DNA of 64,000 bases from an uncultured Myxococcales bacterium (GCA_937910285.1 CALEOC010000253.1:90817-154816); one strand, 5' to 3'; shown: positions 9,126 to 22,383, numbered from the stretch's first letter. Translations and numbers: made by a program. The notes: a model not told the origin generated them from the sequence alone.

Positions 9126-9741
9126 GGCTCCGACGGCCTCCAAGCGCCTCTCCGACCCTGGAATTCCGGCCCCGTGCGCTCGTGTTCGCCGAGGAGAGCT
9201 CGAGAGCGTTTCCGGGTCGGTCGGCCGGCATGCCCGGACAGGTGCTTCGGCGGGCGCGAGAAGGCCCGGGAGGAGCCCGCGGCGCCCGGCTGTTCATGGG
9301 TCTGGGCGCGGCGCCCCGGGGAGCGGAAGACTTCGGTGTTTATCCAGGAACTTCAAGCACTTGCTTCTCGGGTGGGCGGCGGCCGCCGTGCCGCTCGCCT
9401 CGTCCCCTTTTTTGCTGGCGCTCCGATCCTTTCGCGCATAGCATGCGCCCGCCTCGAGGGCCCAGAATTGAACAGTACGTGGATTGTCCCGAGTCGCACG
9501 CGACCGACCGGTTCTCGGCACCTCAAGCGAGGCGCAGCCGGCAGGGGCGTTGTCGAGGGAGGGCTTGCGGGCCAGGCGCCTTGGAAGCTCTTCTCGCCGC
9601 AGTAGGCCCACCGCTCGGCAACGAGCGCCAGAAGAGTTTCGTCGGCCATTGTTGAAGCGGAGTCGCGGCCGAGCTCCCGGGCGGCAAAGCTTGAAGCCAA
9701 CCGTGAAAGTCGAAGCCAAGTCAACGTATCGGAGGAAGTAA

Positions 9742-13335
<3,594 letters not shown>

Positions 13336-13364
13336 GCTTCACGCCTCGAGGCTGAGTCGATGAC

Positions 13365-13411
13365 GGCCCCGGTTCGCGCCTCCGAGCGCGGGCCGGGGCC
13401 GTCGCTTTTCC
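13365..13411 (+). terminator. Putative intrinsic terminator of PFOR gene (GGCCCCGG...CCGGGGCC stem then GTCGCTTTTCC)
   Basis: A GC-rich inverted repeat with a T-rich tail lies 30 nt past the stop. Confidence 0.4.
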
Positions 13412-14053
13412 AGCCGCAGATTCGCAAGGCGCAGGGTCAGCGCTCGTCCACGGGCTTGGCCGCGCGAGGGGTCGGGATTTCGTTGCCGCTGCGAGGCGCG
13501 ACACTCTCGCGGTTTTCCGCGCGGGCGCCCCGCGATCCTCGCAGTCTCCCCAAGCCGCCGCGCGCCAGGCTTCGGGCAGGGGCTGGTGGCCGGGAGCGCG
13601 CCGGGTTTCCCCGACCTCCGCGGTCGGTTGGAAATCCGACGCTCGCGGCGCGGCTGCGGCAGTCTTCCCCGCCGAGCACGTTCATCAGGGGGCTCGGTTG
13701 AGCCAAGGTCTTCTTCCACAGGGTGAGTCGCTGCGGCGGGCGGTCCGCTGGATCAGCGAGCGCCGCCGCGACGATCCGCAGGCGAAGCTCGCGGCGATCA
13801 TCGAAAGAGGCGGCGCCGCGCTTCGATCTCTCGCCGCTGGAGGCCGACTGGCTCTGGCGCAACCTGCCTCGGGCGGGGACCGAGCCGTGACGCGGGTGGG
13901 CGGGGGACGGTGGAGGCTGGGATTCGCGTGGACGGAGCGCGCCGGGGGGCGCTGGCAGCTCGAGGCTTCGAGGGGGATGACCGCAAACCCGGAGAGCCGC
14001 CGCGCAGGCTTGCGGCGGAGGGCGCCTGCGCGACCTGCCGAAGGAGGATCGAA

Positions 14054-14689
14054 ATGAAGGCCAGTGGCTCATTCCTGTTGGCGGCGGTGCTCGTCGTGGC
14101 CGCCTGTGGCAGCACCGAAGAGAAGGCGGCGAGCGACGCGGGCACTCTCCGGGAGGACGCGGGCGGGGAGAGCGGCGATGCCGGCTCCGGCGTGCCCGAC
14201 GGCGGATGCGAGAAGGAGAGCTGGACGGTCGATTGCCCATTCTCGAGCCAGCCGCCGACGGTGCTCGAGGCGCTCCGGGCCTTGGAGGCCTCGGCGCGCA
14301 CCGACTATCCGGCGGCGACCTGGCGGGGCGTCGTCGCCGCCAACATCCTCACCCGCGACGGGCGGCTGGCGAGCAACGGCCTTCTGCTGGCGAGGTTCTG
14401 CGACAACGAGCCCGGGGAGCCCCGGGAGCTCTTCTTCGTGATCAACGCCCAGGGATGCAGCGCGGAGCGCCGATGCGTCGAGGACATCTGCGAGGTCCCG
14501 GCCGAATTCCCGAGCATCGACTCCGACCAGGCGATCGGGATCGCCTATCCCGGCGAGTCCGAAGAGAACCGCTACGGCATCAGCTACCTCTTCTCCGAGG
14601 GGAACTTCTGGAGCGTCAATCCCGCGGTCGAGGGCGGTCTCGACCGCGTCGTCAAGGTCGACGCGACGAGCGGAGAGATCGTCGACTGA
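14054..14689 (+). CDS. Lipoprotein, unknown function
   Basis: It starts MKASGSFLLAAVLVVAACGS (signal peptide plus lipobox). GGAGGA lies 6 nt upstream of the ATG. Confidence 0.5.
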   Translation: MKASGSFLLAAVLVVAACGSTEEKAASDAGTLREDAGGESGDAGSGVPDGGCEKESWTVDCPFSSQPPTVLEALRALEASARTDYPAATWRGVVAANILTRDGRLASNGLLLARFCDNEPGEPRELFFVINAQGCSAERRCVEDICEVPAEFPSIDSDQAIGIAYPGESEENRYGISYLFSEGNFWSVNPAVEGGLDRVVKVDATSGEIVD

Positions 14690-14724
14690 GCCGGGAGCCG
14701 GCCTGGCGGCTCGCGCCCGCGTGA

Positions 14725-15000
14725 GGAGCGCAGGACAACTCCGGCAAGCTCGTCGCACATCTGCGCAAGGCCGGCCGGGAGCTGGCCGAGAAGGACGGCC
14801 AGCGGTTGATCCTCATCGACGGGCCGCCGGGGATCGGCTGCCCGGTGTGCACGCCTCGCCTGGAGGCGTCGACGCGCTGGTGGCGCTCACCGAGCCCTCG
14901 GGGGCTGGCGAGCATGACCTCGAGCGGCTGCTGCGGCTGGCGGCCCGCTTTGGCCTGCCGGCTGGAGTGGTGATCAACCGCTTCGATCTCGTGCTCGAGG
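14725..15000 (+). pseudogene. Frameshifted C-terminal fragment of a MinD/Mrp/CooC-like P-loop ATPase
   Basis: It reads ...SGKLVAHLRKAGRELAEKDGQRLILIDGPPGIGCPV, then continues in another frame as GVDALVALTEPSGAGEHDLERLLRLAARFGLPAGVVINRFDL. The N-terminal Walker A region is absent. Confidence 0.4.
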
Positions 15001-15099
15001 CCGTCGAACCGATCGAGAGCGCCTCGATCAAAAGGCAACGCCTGCCGCAATCCCAACCTCCGGCGCCACTCCGACATACGGCGCCCACGGCGCAATCAG

Positions 15100-15590
15100 C
15101 GCACCGACGAAGAGCCGCATCGTCAAACCAACCCGGGACGAACCCCACATCGTGGCGTCGAGCGCGCCTTTTACCTCTGTGACGTGGAGAAGACCCGTAG
15201 TCGGCGCCCGGGTCGCGTGGACTCACCGGTCGTATTCGACAGCTCGAGGCCCTCCATCGCCCGGTATCCCGCGACGGCCACCGCGTTGAGTTGGAAGCTC
15301 GCCGCTGAGTCGCGCAACGGCCAAGCGATTCGGGCTCGCAGGCCTGCCGTGCCTCCGTGCTCCACGAGTCCGAAGTCACCTTCCACTTGAAGAAGGCGCC
15401 ACGGACGCACCGCCGCACCAAAGGTCCACCGCTGGCCGAGGTCGACGTTCGCGAATTGGGCGACACGGAGGCGCGCCCGCCAGAGAGAGTTGCAGCGCGA
15501 CGGTTTCCCGAAGCTCCTCGGCGCGCGCGTCTGCAGCGCTGCAGAGCAAGAACACTGCGATTCCGCATGCAGTCGCGATTCTCATCTGCC
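15100..15590 (-). pseudogene. Decayed gene for a secreted/outer-membrane beta-barrel-like protein
   Basis: The signal peptide MRIATACGIAVFLLCSAADARA is followed by a stop after ~70 codons. Barrel-like segments (RARIAWPL...FQLNAVAVAGYRAMEGLELS; VGFVPGWFDDAAL) continue in the two other frames. Confidence 0.3.
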
Positions 15591-15844
15591 CCTCATTCGA
15601 TGTCGGCCTTGGCGAAGAAGCTACCAGGCAGGGTCCCCAACGAGAATCAGGCTCCGGGATGGTCCCGGCCTCCGGACCGGGCCTTTCCGGAGTGGTCCAT
15701 TCCCGGGCGCGGGCGCACTTCCTCGCTTCACGCGGCCCGCCGCTCCGCTCCCCAGCGTCATCGAGCCCTGTCGCCGGCGCCCTCGCGGCGATCGCGCTTC
15801 GGACCCCATCTCTGCCGGATTGCCGCGAGCGCGCCCGCTGCTGG

Positions 15845-16100
15845 AGGCCTTCCGAACGGCCCTCAGCAGGTGCCACTCGCTTCCCGAAGCCTCCGGACCG
15901 CGAATCGCGCCGCACCCGACCGCTTTCGGAAGACTCCGCGATCGCATTTCGCGCGTGCCAATCGCCTTCGGAAGGCTCCGCCGCGCGATTGCCCGCGGCG
16001 CCCCCGCGTTCCGGAGGCCTGCCTTGGCGGTCGTGAGATCGTCGAAGGGAGCCTTCCAAACCAGATTGGCACAGAGCCAATCGCGTTCCGGGGCGCCGAG
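15845..16100. repeat. Degenerate tandem array of ~42-44-bp units containing TTCGGAAG(N)CTCCGCG...CGCGAT
   Basis: Three clear consecutive units lie at 15880-16008, with weaker flanking copies. The array is in the non-coding region upstream of the GT39-like gene. Confidence 0.45.
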
Positions 16101-16217
16101 AAGCGGTGGGCATCCGTGGACACCCGGTCCCAAGTCCCCGCCCGGCGATTGACGAGTCGTGACGGGCGGTTGGACGCCTTGGGGCTGTCCATTGGCCCCT
16201 CCGCCTATAATCCGCGC

Positions 16218-17774
16218 ATGTCTTCCAGCCGACGCAGCGTCGGCCTCGAGGTCGGGGCTGCGAGCTTCCTCTGCCTGCTCCTCGGCCTGCCGTCGCTGAC
16301 GTTCCCCATGGGCGTCGACCAGGGCACGCTCGGCGTCTGGGCCCAGCAGCTCGCGCGCGGTCTCGTGCCCTACCGCGACGTGTGGGACCAGCGCCCGCCG
16401 CTGATGCACCTGCTCCACTTTTTGGTCTACGCCGGCGGCGTGAGCGGCATGGAGCTGACCCGCGTCACCGACCTGCTCGTGCAGGTGGCGACCGCGGGCG
16501 TCCTCGGCCTGCTCGCGCTCCGCATGTTCGGCCGGGGTGCGGGCATCCTCGCGGGCGCTCTCTACGCCTACTGCTACTTCGGTCAGGCCGACTTCCACCA
16601 CACCTCGCAGCCCGACGGGCTCGTCGGTCTCTTCGCGGCGCTCGCGATCCTCTTCGCGCTGCAGTCGGGCCCGAAGCGCAGGCTGCTCTCGGGCGCGATG
16701 TTCGGCCTCGCCTTCCTCGCCAAATACCCGGCGGCGCTGCTCTTCCCGGTGCTCGTCGGGATTGCGCCCGAAGGCGGCGACCGGAAGCGGCGGGCGAGAC
16801 AAGCGATGGAGGTCGCGCTCGGCGCGGCTGTGCCCGTCCTCTCTCTCATCGTCTGGCTCGCCGCCACCGGCGCCCTGGGCGACTTCCTCATGGACACCGT
16901 GGTCTTCAACCTCGGCCACGGGAAGATCGGAACCGAGCGGCCGGAGCTCTCGATGCAGGCGCTCGAGGTGCTCGCCCAGCTCCTCAATCGCCGGGAAGTC
17001 CTCGCGCCGCTGCTGCTGCTGCCCCTCGCGCGACTCGAGCGGCGCTCGACGCTGGTCGCCGGCGCGTGGGGGCTCGTCTCGTTCTTGATGGTGCTCGTGC
17101 AGCGGAAGTTCTTCTCGTACCACTTCCTCCCGCTGGTCGCGCCGCTGGCCCTGCTGTCGGCGGGCGCCGTGCGCGGCCTGGCGCTGCGCTTGGTGGCCGA
17201 GCCCGCGCCACGCATGCGCAAGGTGACCTGGGCGATCGCGCTGGTGTTGACGCTGGGCGCCGGCTACCGCACTGCCGCGCGCTGGGGCCGAAGCGCCGTC
17301 GCCGCGGTGCAGGTTGCCTCCGACGACGAGGCCCGGAGCGCCTTCCACGCGCTACACGTCAACCCGTTCCTCGGCTTCTCGCTGGGCGACGACCTCGAGG
17401 CGGCCGCGGCCATCAAGGCGATGGCCAGGCCCGGGGACAGGCTCCTCGTCTTCGGTGCGCCGCTGCTCTACTACCTCTCGGAGCTGCAGCCCGCGACGCG
17501 CTTCATCATGGACAGCCCGTTCGTCGCCAAGGGCCATCCGGAGCGCTACGACCGCGAGCTCGAACGCGCGCTCGACTCCCGGCCGCCGGAGTTCGTCGCG
17601 GTCTACCTGCGCAACACCTGCCGCGCGGTGACCGGCTACGACGAGCCGAGCGCCTCGCTGCTGCGCCTGCAACCGAAGGCACAGCGGCGGCTCGCGGAGC
17701 TGGAGAAGGTGCTCGAGCTGGAGACGGTCGCCGTCTACGCGTCGCGCGAGCGGGCCGCGGCGCTCGCACCATAG
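16218..17774 (+). CDS. GT-C fold integral-membrane glycosyltransferase (GT39/ArnT/PMT-like)
   Basis: It is a polytopic membrane protein starting MSSSRRSVGLEVGAASFLCLLL, with the conserved N-terminal loop YRDVWDQRPPLMHLL. The upstream 860 codons of the annotated ORF are low-complexity and non-coding. A TATAAT sits 5 nt before the ATG. Confidence 0.5.
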   Translation: MSSSRRSVGLEVGAASFLCLLLGLPSLTFPMGVDQGTLGVWAQQLARGLVPYRDVWDQRPPLMHLLHFLVYAGGVSGMELTRVTDLLVQVATAGVLGLLALRMFGRGAGILAGALYAYCYFGQADFHHTSQPDGLVGLFAALAILFALQSGPKRRLLSGAMFGLAFLAKYPAALLFPVLVGIAPEGGDRKRRARQAMEVALGAAVPVLSLIVWLAATGALGDFLMDTVVFNLGHGKIGTERPELSMQALEVLAQLLNRREVLAPLLLLPLARLERRSTLVAGAWGLVSFLMVLVQRKFFSYHFLPLVAPLALLSAGAVRGLALRLVAEPAPRMRKVTWAIALVLTLGAGYRTAARWGRSAVAAVQVASDDEARSAFHALHVNPFLGFSLGDDLEAAAAIKAMARPGDRLLVFGAPLLYYLSELQPATRFIMDSPFVAKGHPERYDRELERALDSRPPEFVAVYLRNTCRAVTGYDEPSASLLRLQPKAQRRLAELEKVLELETVAVYASRERAAALAP

Positions 17775-17876
17775 CGGCCCTCGTGCAGGACGCGGTGGGA
17801 CGTGCGCCCCCCGAGTCGCTGCTCCACCGAGTCGACGTTTGCCGGGGGAGCCCAGCAAACGGGACGCCCCGGAAAG

Positions 17877-18067
17877 GCGTCCGGGACATCGGAAATCGCG
17901 TCCGGGACATCCGAAATCGCGTCGGGGACATCCGAGATCGCGTCCGGGACATCCGGAATCGCGTCCGGGACATTGGAAATCGCGTCCGGGACATCCGAGA
18001 TCGCGTCCGGGACATCCGGAAATCGCGTCCGGGACATCCGAGATCGCGTCCGGGACATCCGGAAATC
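17877..18067. repeat. Tandem array A: 9 copies of 21-22-bp unit GCGTCCGGGACATCCGAAATC
   Basis: It is a near-perfect tandem repeat. Its reverse complement matches array B (~14/21 identity). Confidence 0.85.
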
Positions 18068-18096
18068 GCGTCCGGGACGTCTCATCCGCGGTGATG

Positions 18097-18201
18097 CATG
18101 TCCCCGCTGCCCTTCGGCATGTCCCGCGAGCCCTTCGGCATGTCCCGCGAGCCCTTCGGCTTGTCCCGCGAGCCCTTCGGCTTGTCCCGCGAGCCCTTGC
18201 A
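18097..18201. repeat. Tandem array B: 5 copies of 21-bp unit GCATGTCCCGCGAGCCCTTCG (inverted relative to array A)
   Basis: It is a tandem repeat. Together with array A it forms a ~320-bp imperfect inverted repeat centred at ~18085, between two convergent genes. Confidence 0.85.
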
Positions 18202-18207
18202 TCTGTA

Positions 18208-20514
18208 TCAGCGGGGGTTCATCGACGAGCTCGAGCGGCTCCGGCGCCGTCCGGCGAACGCCAGGCCGCCCATCACGAACAGCGCGACCGAGGTGATCGC
18301 CGCGCCCGCGACGAACGACCTGGGACGGTAGACCAGCTCGACGCGATGCTGGCCCGCGGAGACTGGAACGGCGCGGGCGAGATAGTCGGCGCGATAGAGC
18401 GGGGCGGGCGCGCTGTCGACCCGGGCTTGCCATCCGGGGAACCAGGAGTCGCTCACCACGAGCACGCCGTCGCCGCAGGCCTCGACGTCGACGACCATCC
18501 TGTTCGCCATGGCCTCTTCGATGCTGGCGGTCGAACCCGCGCAGTCGGTGAGAGAGGGCAGGGGCTCGCCCGGATCGAGCTCGAGGAAGGCGTATTCGCG
18601 CAGGGGACGGCTCGGATCGAGCAGCGCCGCGCGCGCCTCGGCCTCCGACGCGGCGACGGCTCGGTGAACGACCAACGCGCGCGGGAAGGCCGTGCGGCTG
18701 CGATAGAGGTTGGGGATCCGGAAGAGCGCCTCGTCGGCATCATCGTCGTCGCCGCCGGCGCGCTCGAGGCCGGAGAAGGGCGCCTCGCCGCGGCGCACGT
18801 ACCAGGCGACCGAGGCGAAGTCGAATAGGGCGCGCTCGTCGTCGGCGAGCACCGACGCGAGCCGGCGCGGCGCGCGCGGCCCCTCGCCTTCGATGCTCGA
18901 GAGCCGCTCTTCGACATGCCGGTTGCCGACGAACGCCTCGCGGCTCAGGCGCACGTAGCGCTTGAGCTGCTCGCGCTGCGAGGCCGATTCGGTGAGCGCC
19001 TCGGCCTCGTCGCGGTGCTCGGAGCCGCGGCTGAAGCGGGTCCACGGCTCGGCGCGCATCAGCTCGGCGAGGCGCGAGGGGGTCGAGAGCGCCTCGGCGG
19101 TCGCGTAGAGCGGCCGGCCGAAGAGGTTGTGCGCGAGGAGCACCTCGAGCGCCGTCAGCCCGACGAGGACGGCCCGCGCGGCCTGCGCCCGCGCCCGGGG
19201 TCGGCCGGGAAGGAACCCGAGGAGCAAGCCCGCCAGGCCGACGAGGACCGCCGCGAGCAGCGCGCCCAGCCCGGCCTGTCCGCCTGTGGAAGCGATGCGC
19301 GCCGCGGCGACGAGCGAGGCCGCGAAGAGCCCGACGCCCGCGGGTCTCAGCCAGCGGGGCCTGCGGCGCGCCCAGGCGACGAGCTGATCGAAGCCGAGCG
19401 CCGCGAGCGGAGCCAGCACCGCCGTCGCGGCGACGAGGTACTTCACCGGGAAGCGGAAGAGCCGGAAGGGGAAGAGCCCGAGCGCGAAGGACGAGGGCGC
19501 GAAGTTGGCGCCGAGCGACAGCAGCGCGAGCAGCAGACCGGCGACGGCGAAGGGCAGGGCGCGCCGGCGCCGCGCACGACCGGCGAGCGCGAGCGCGGTC
19601 AACGCGCAGAACAGGCCGCCGAGGTGCAGGGTGATGACGAGCCGCTGCGCCTGCGCATCGGGCGGCGCGGGGTTTGCCCCGGAGACGAGCGTCGCGAGGT
19701 CCGGCAGACTCGCCGACCACGCGAGCGCCGCGTCCGCAGGAGGCTGCTCGACCTGCCCCGCGAGCTCGGCCGCGGGGACCAGCGCGATGGCCGCGAGCGC
19801 GGCGCCCCAAGCCAATCCGAGCGCCGTGCCCGCGACGGGTTTCGGGCGCGGCTTGCGGCTCCAGACGGAGACGAGTAGCGCGGCGATGCCCTGGGCGAGC
19901 AGGATCTCCGGCGAGCCGCACAACGCCGATGCTCCCGCGCTCGCCGCGAGCAGGAGCAGGGCCGAGGGGCGCGGCCCGCGGCGCAGGTCGAGCACCGCGG
20001 CGAGCAGCGGCCCGGTCCAGGCGAGCGCGTTGGCCATGTTCTGCTCGTTGCCGAGGTAGGCGTACATCACGCTCAGCCCGAAGGCCGAGCCCGCGAGCAG
20101 GCTCCCGAGCCGCGAGCCGCCGAGCCGGCGCCCGACCGCGGCGGTCCCCGCGACGGCCAGCGCGACGTGGAGCAGGTGCTCGACGGTGATCGCCCAGACC
20201 GGACCGAAGACGAGGACGGCGAGCACCCGCGGCGGATAGAAGGCCTGGGCCTGGACGGTCGCGGCGAACGGATGGCCGAGCCAGAGATACGGGTTCCACA
20301 GCGGCAGCTCGCCGTTGCTCAGACACTCGGCGAGGAAGGCGGCGTCCGGGATGAAGAGCCGGAAGATGTCCCGGCCCGCGAGCGCTTCGCCGGAGAGGAC
20401 CGGGCGATAGGCCCACGCGGCGGCGCCGAGCACGGCCAGCGCGCCGAGCGCACGCCTCGCGATCCGGAGGCGTCGCGGGGAGCGCTGTACGTCGGCCGAG
20501 CTCATGGCCGGCAC
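18208..20514 (-). CDS. YfhO-family polytopic membrane protein (putative glycosyltransferase)
   Basis: The N-terminal signature is ...GELPLWNPYLWLGHPFAATVQAQAFYP. It has more than 12 predicted TM helices and a C-terminal soluble domain ending ...YRADYLARAVPVSAGQHRVELVYRP. Confidence 0.6.
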   Translation of the reverse strand: MPAMSSADVQRSPRRLRIARRALGALAVLGAAAWAYRPVLSGEALAGRDIFRLFIPDAAFLAECLSNGELPLWNPYLWLGHPFAATVQAQAFYPPRVLAVLVFGPVWAITVEHLLHVALAVAGTAAVGRRLGGSRLGSLLAGSAFGLSVMYAYLGNEQNMANALAWTGPLLAAVLDLRRGPRPSALLLLAASAGASALCGSPEILLAQGIAALLVSVWSRKPRPKPVAGTALGLAWGAALAAIALVPAAELAGQVEQPPADAALAWSASLPDLATLVSGANPAPPDAQAQRLVITLHLGGLFCALTALALAGRARRRRALPFAVAGLLLALLSLGANFAPSSFALGLFPFRLFRFPVKYLVAATAVLAPLAALGFDQLVAWARRRPRWLRPAGVGLFAASLVAAARIASTGGQAGLGALLAAVLVGLAGLLLGFLPGRPRARAQAARAVLVGLTALEVLLAHNLFGRPLYATAEALSTPSRLAELMRAEPWTRFSRGSEHRDEAEALTESASQREQLKRYVRLSREAFVGNRHVEERLSSIEGEGPRAPRRLASVLADDERALFDFASVAWYVRRGEAPFSGLERAGGDDDDADEALFRIPNLYRSRTAFPRALVVHRAVAASEAEARAALLDPSRPLREYAFLELDPGEPLPSLTDCAGSTASIEEAMANRMVVDVEACGDGVLVVSDSWFPGWQARVDSAPAPLYRADYLARAVPVSAGQHRVELVYRPRSFVAGAAITSVALFVMGGLAFAGRRRSRSSSSMNPR

Positions 20515-20643
20515 GATAGCGGCGCGCCGCGGAGGCCCGCAAGAAAGGCGCGGGCGTGGGCGTCGGGGCGACCGACCGCCTTCCGGAGCCGCTTCCGAGC
20601 GAGGCTCCGCCGCAACCGCGTTGCAGCCGGCGATTGCAGACGT

Positions 20644-22359
20644 CTAGTAGCGCCTGCGCAGGACCACACCCCGGTTCCCGACGGCCCAGACATCGTTCGC
20701 GGAGAACCCCCACAGCGCCTCGAGCGATTCGGTCGTCGGGCTCTTCGCGTCCATCCAGAGCGCGCCATTCCAGTGGGCGATCTCCCCTCCGCTGCCCACG
20801 GCCCAGGCGTCGTCGGCCGAGGCCGTCCAGACTGCTTTCAGATTCGAGGTGCTGCGTACCGAGCTCCAGGAGCTGCCGCTCCAATGGAGCAGAATGCCCG
20901 TAAGGCCGACCGCCCAGACGTCGTCGGAAGCGCTGCCCCAGATCCCGAAGATGTCCAATTCCGCCGGGTTCGCGACCGACGCCCAGGAGTTGCCGTTCCA
21001 GTGGAGGATGGTCCCGAAGTTGCCGACCGCCCAGACGTCGGTGGGGCCGCTTCCCCACACAGCAATCAGGGAGCTCGCTTCCGCCGGGGCGGTGCGCACG
21101 GACCACGAATCGCCGTTCCAATGCAGCAATGCCGCGTTTGGAAACTCGCCGCCGACCGCCCAGACATCCGTCGAGGACGAGCCCCAGACCCCACTGATGG
21201 GCAGGCCCGAGGGCGCCTCGGCCCATGACCAGCGGCTGCCGTCCCAATGCAGGAGCACGGTCGCCAGGTCGAAGATCCCGTACCCGACTGCCCAGACGTC
21301 GTTCGACGCGCTGCCCCACAGGCCGGTCATCTCCGTCATCGGCACCTCGAGTGACTCGGTCCATTCGGACCCGTCCCAGTGCAGGATGACCTGCCAGCCC
21401 GCGACCCAGACATCGTCTGCCGAGCTGCCCCAGACCGCCCTGAGGCTGGCCGTCGTCGGGGTCGCGAACTGCTGCCAGCCCGGCTCGCAGGTGTTCGGCG
21501 TGCCGCTGCCTTCGCAGACGAGCGGCTCGGCGCATCCGGCGCAGGTGACCGTGCGCCACCTGCCGCAGCGGTCCTCGAGGTCGAGCTGGCCGCACTCGAT
21601 CTCGTACTGGGCGCAGAGCTCGGCGTCGGTCTGGTCGCAGGCGCAGAGGTTGGGCCAGCCCGAGCCGCCGCAGACGAGCGGAGAGGCGCACTCGCCGCAG
21701 GAGGCGACCGTGCGCGGCAGGCCGCAGGCGTCGCTCGCCGACACCTCGCCGCAATCGAGCCGCAGGCGCGCGCACAGCTCGCCATCGGTCTCCGGGCACC
21801 CGCAGACGTTCGCCGCGCGCGCGCCGCAGACGAGCGGAGCCTCGCACTCGCCGCAATCCACCGTTCGGCTGCGGTCGCAGTTGTCGAAGCTCGTCGCCTC
21901 CTCGCAGTCGGCGCCTATCCGACTGCAGAGCTCGGCGTCCAGCTCGGAAACGCAGCTCTTCGAGCCGCAGACGTTGGCCGTCCCGCCGCCGCCGCAGGTC
22001 ATCGGCTGGCTGCAGCCGCCGCAGTCGAGCCTGCGCTCAGTCCCGCAGCCGTCGGTCGTCTCCACCTCACCGCAGTCCTTGCCGAGGGCGGCGCAGAGCT
22101 GCTCATCGCTCTCGCCGACGCATCGGCAGAGGCCGGCTTCGCAGCTCAGGCCCCCAGAGCACAGGCCGCCGCAGCAGGGCTCGTCGGGTCCCCCGCAGGC
22201 GCGGCAGAGCTTGTCCGCGGCGCACTCCAGGCCCGAGTTGCAGGCCTCGCCCTCGCAACATCGCTGGTCCGAGGCTCCGCAGGCGCGCTCGAGCTCCTGG
22301 GGGCAGGCGCACAGGAGGATGAGCAAAGCGAACGAGCTGAGCGAAAGGACAGGGCGCAT
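20644..22359 (-). CDS. Secreted myxobacterial Cys-rich-repeat (TIGR02232-like) protein with C-terminal DVWAVG beta-propeller repeats, paralog 1
   Basis: It has a signal peptide and 6-7 repeats of ~38 aa (C.PETD.ELCA.LG.DCGEV...D.CG..RTV.CG.C..PL.CGG.G..N.C). About 8 repeats of the form ..DVWAVG..G.ILHW.G..W follow. Confidence 0.6.
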   Translation of the reverse strand: MRPVLSLSSFALLILLCACPQELERACGASDQRCCEGEACNSGLECAADKLCRACGGPDEPCCGGLCSGGLSCEAGLCRCVGESDEQLCAALGKDCGEVETTDGCGTERRLDCGGCSQPMTCGGGGTANVCGSKSCVSELDAELCSRIGADCEEATSFDNCDRSRTVDCGECEAPLVCGARAANVCGCPETDGELCARLRLDCGEVSASDACGLPRTVASCGECASPLVCGGSGWPNLCACDQTDAELCAQYEIECGQLDLEDRCGRWRTVTCAGCAEPLVCEGSGTPNTCEPGWQQFATPTTASLRAVWGSSADDVWVAGWQVILHWDGSEWTESLEVPMTEMTGLWGSASNDVWAVGYGIFDLATVLLHWDGSRWSWAEAPSGLPISGVWGSSSTDVWAVGGEFPNAALLHWNGDSWSVRTAPAEASSLIAVWGSGPTDVWAVGNFGTILHWNGNSWASVANPAELDIFGIWGSASDDVWAVGLTGILLHWSGSSWSSVRSTSNLKAVWTASADDAWAVGSGGEIAHWNGALWMDAKSPTTESLEALWGFSANDVWAVGNRGVVLRRRY

Positions 22360-22383
22360 GGCGCTCCTCCGAACGATGGGCGC

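Noticed and set aside
13698-14057. 119-aa ORF (MSQGLLPQGESLRRAVRWISERRR...) between PFOR and the lipoprotein gene as a small regulatory protein
   Set aside because: Its composition drifts into Gly/Arg/Ala low complexity, no motif is recognisable, and it overlaps the downstream lipoprotein start. It is left uncalled pending homology or expression evidence.
15357-16217. N-terminal 287 codons of the 805-aa ORF 15357-17774 as part of the GT39-like protein
   Set aside because: The segment is low-complexity (Arg/Pro/Ala/Ser) and overlaps a non-coding tandem repeat array. The membrane-protein signature and a plausible start (MSSSRRSVGLEVGAASF) begin at 16218.
17877-18201. Possible CRISPR array, or a coding heptad-repeat protein, at the 21-bp tandem repeats
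   Set aside because: The repeats are contiguous with no unique spacers, and no cas genes are nearby. Three different frames on both strands give equally repetitive peptides (IASGTSE, RVRDIRN, MSRTRFR), so none is credibly coding. The region lies between two convergent stop codons.
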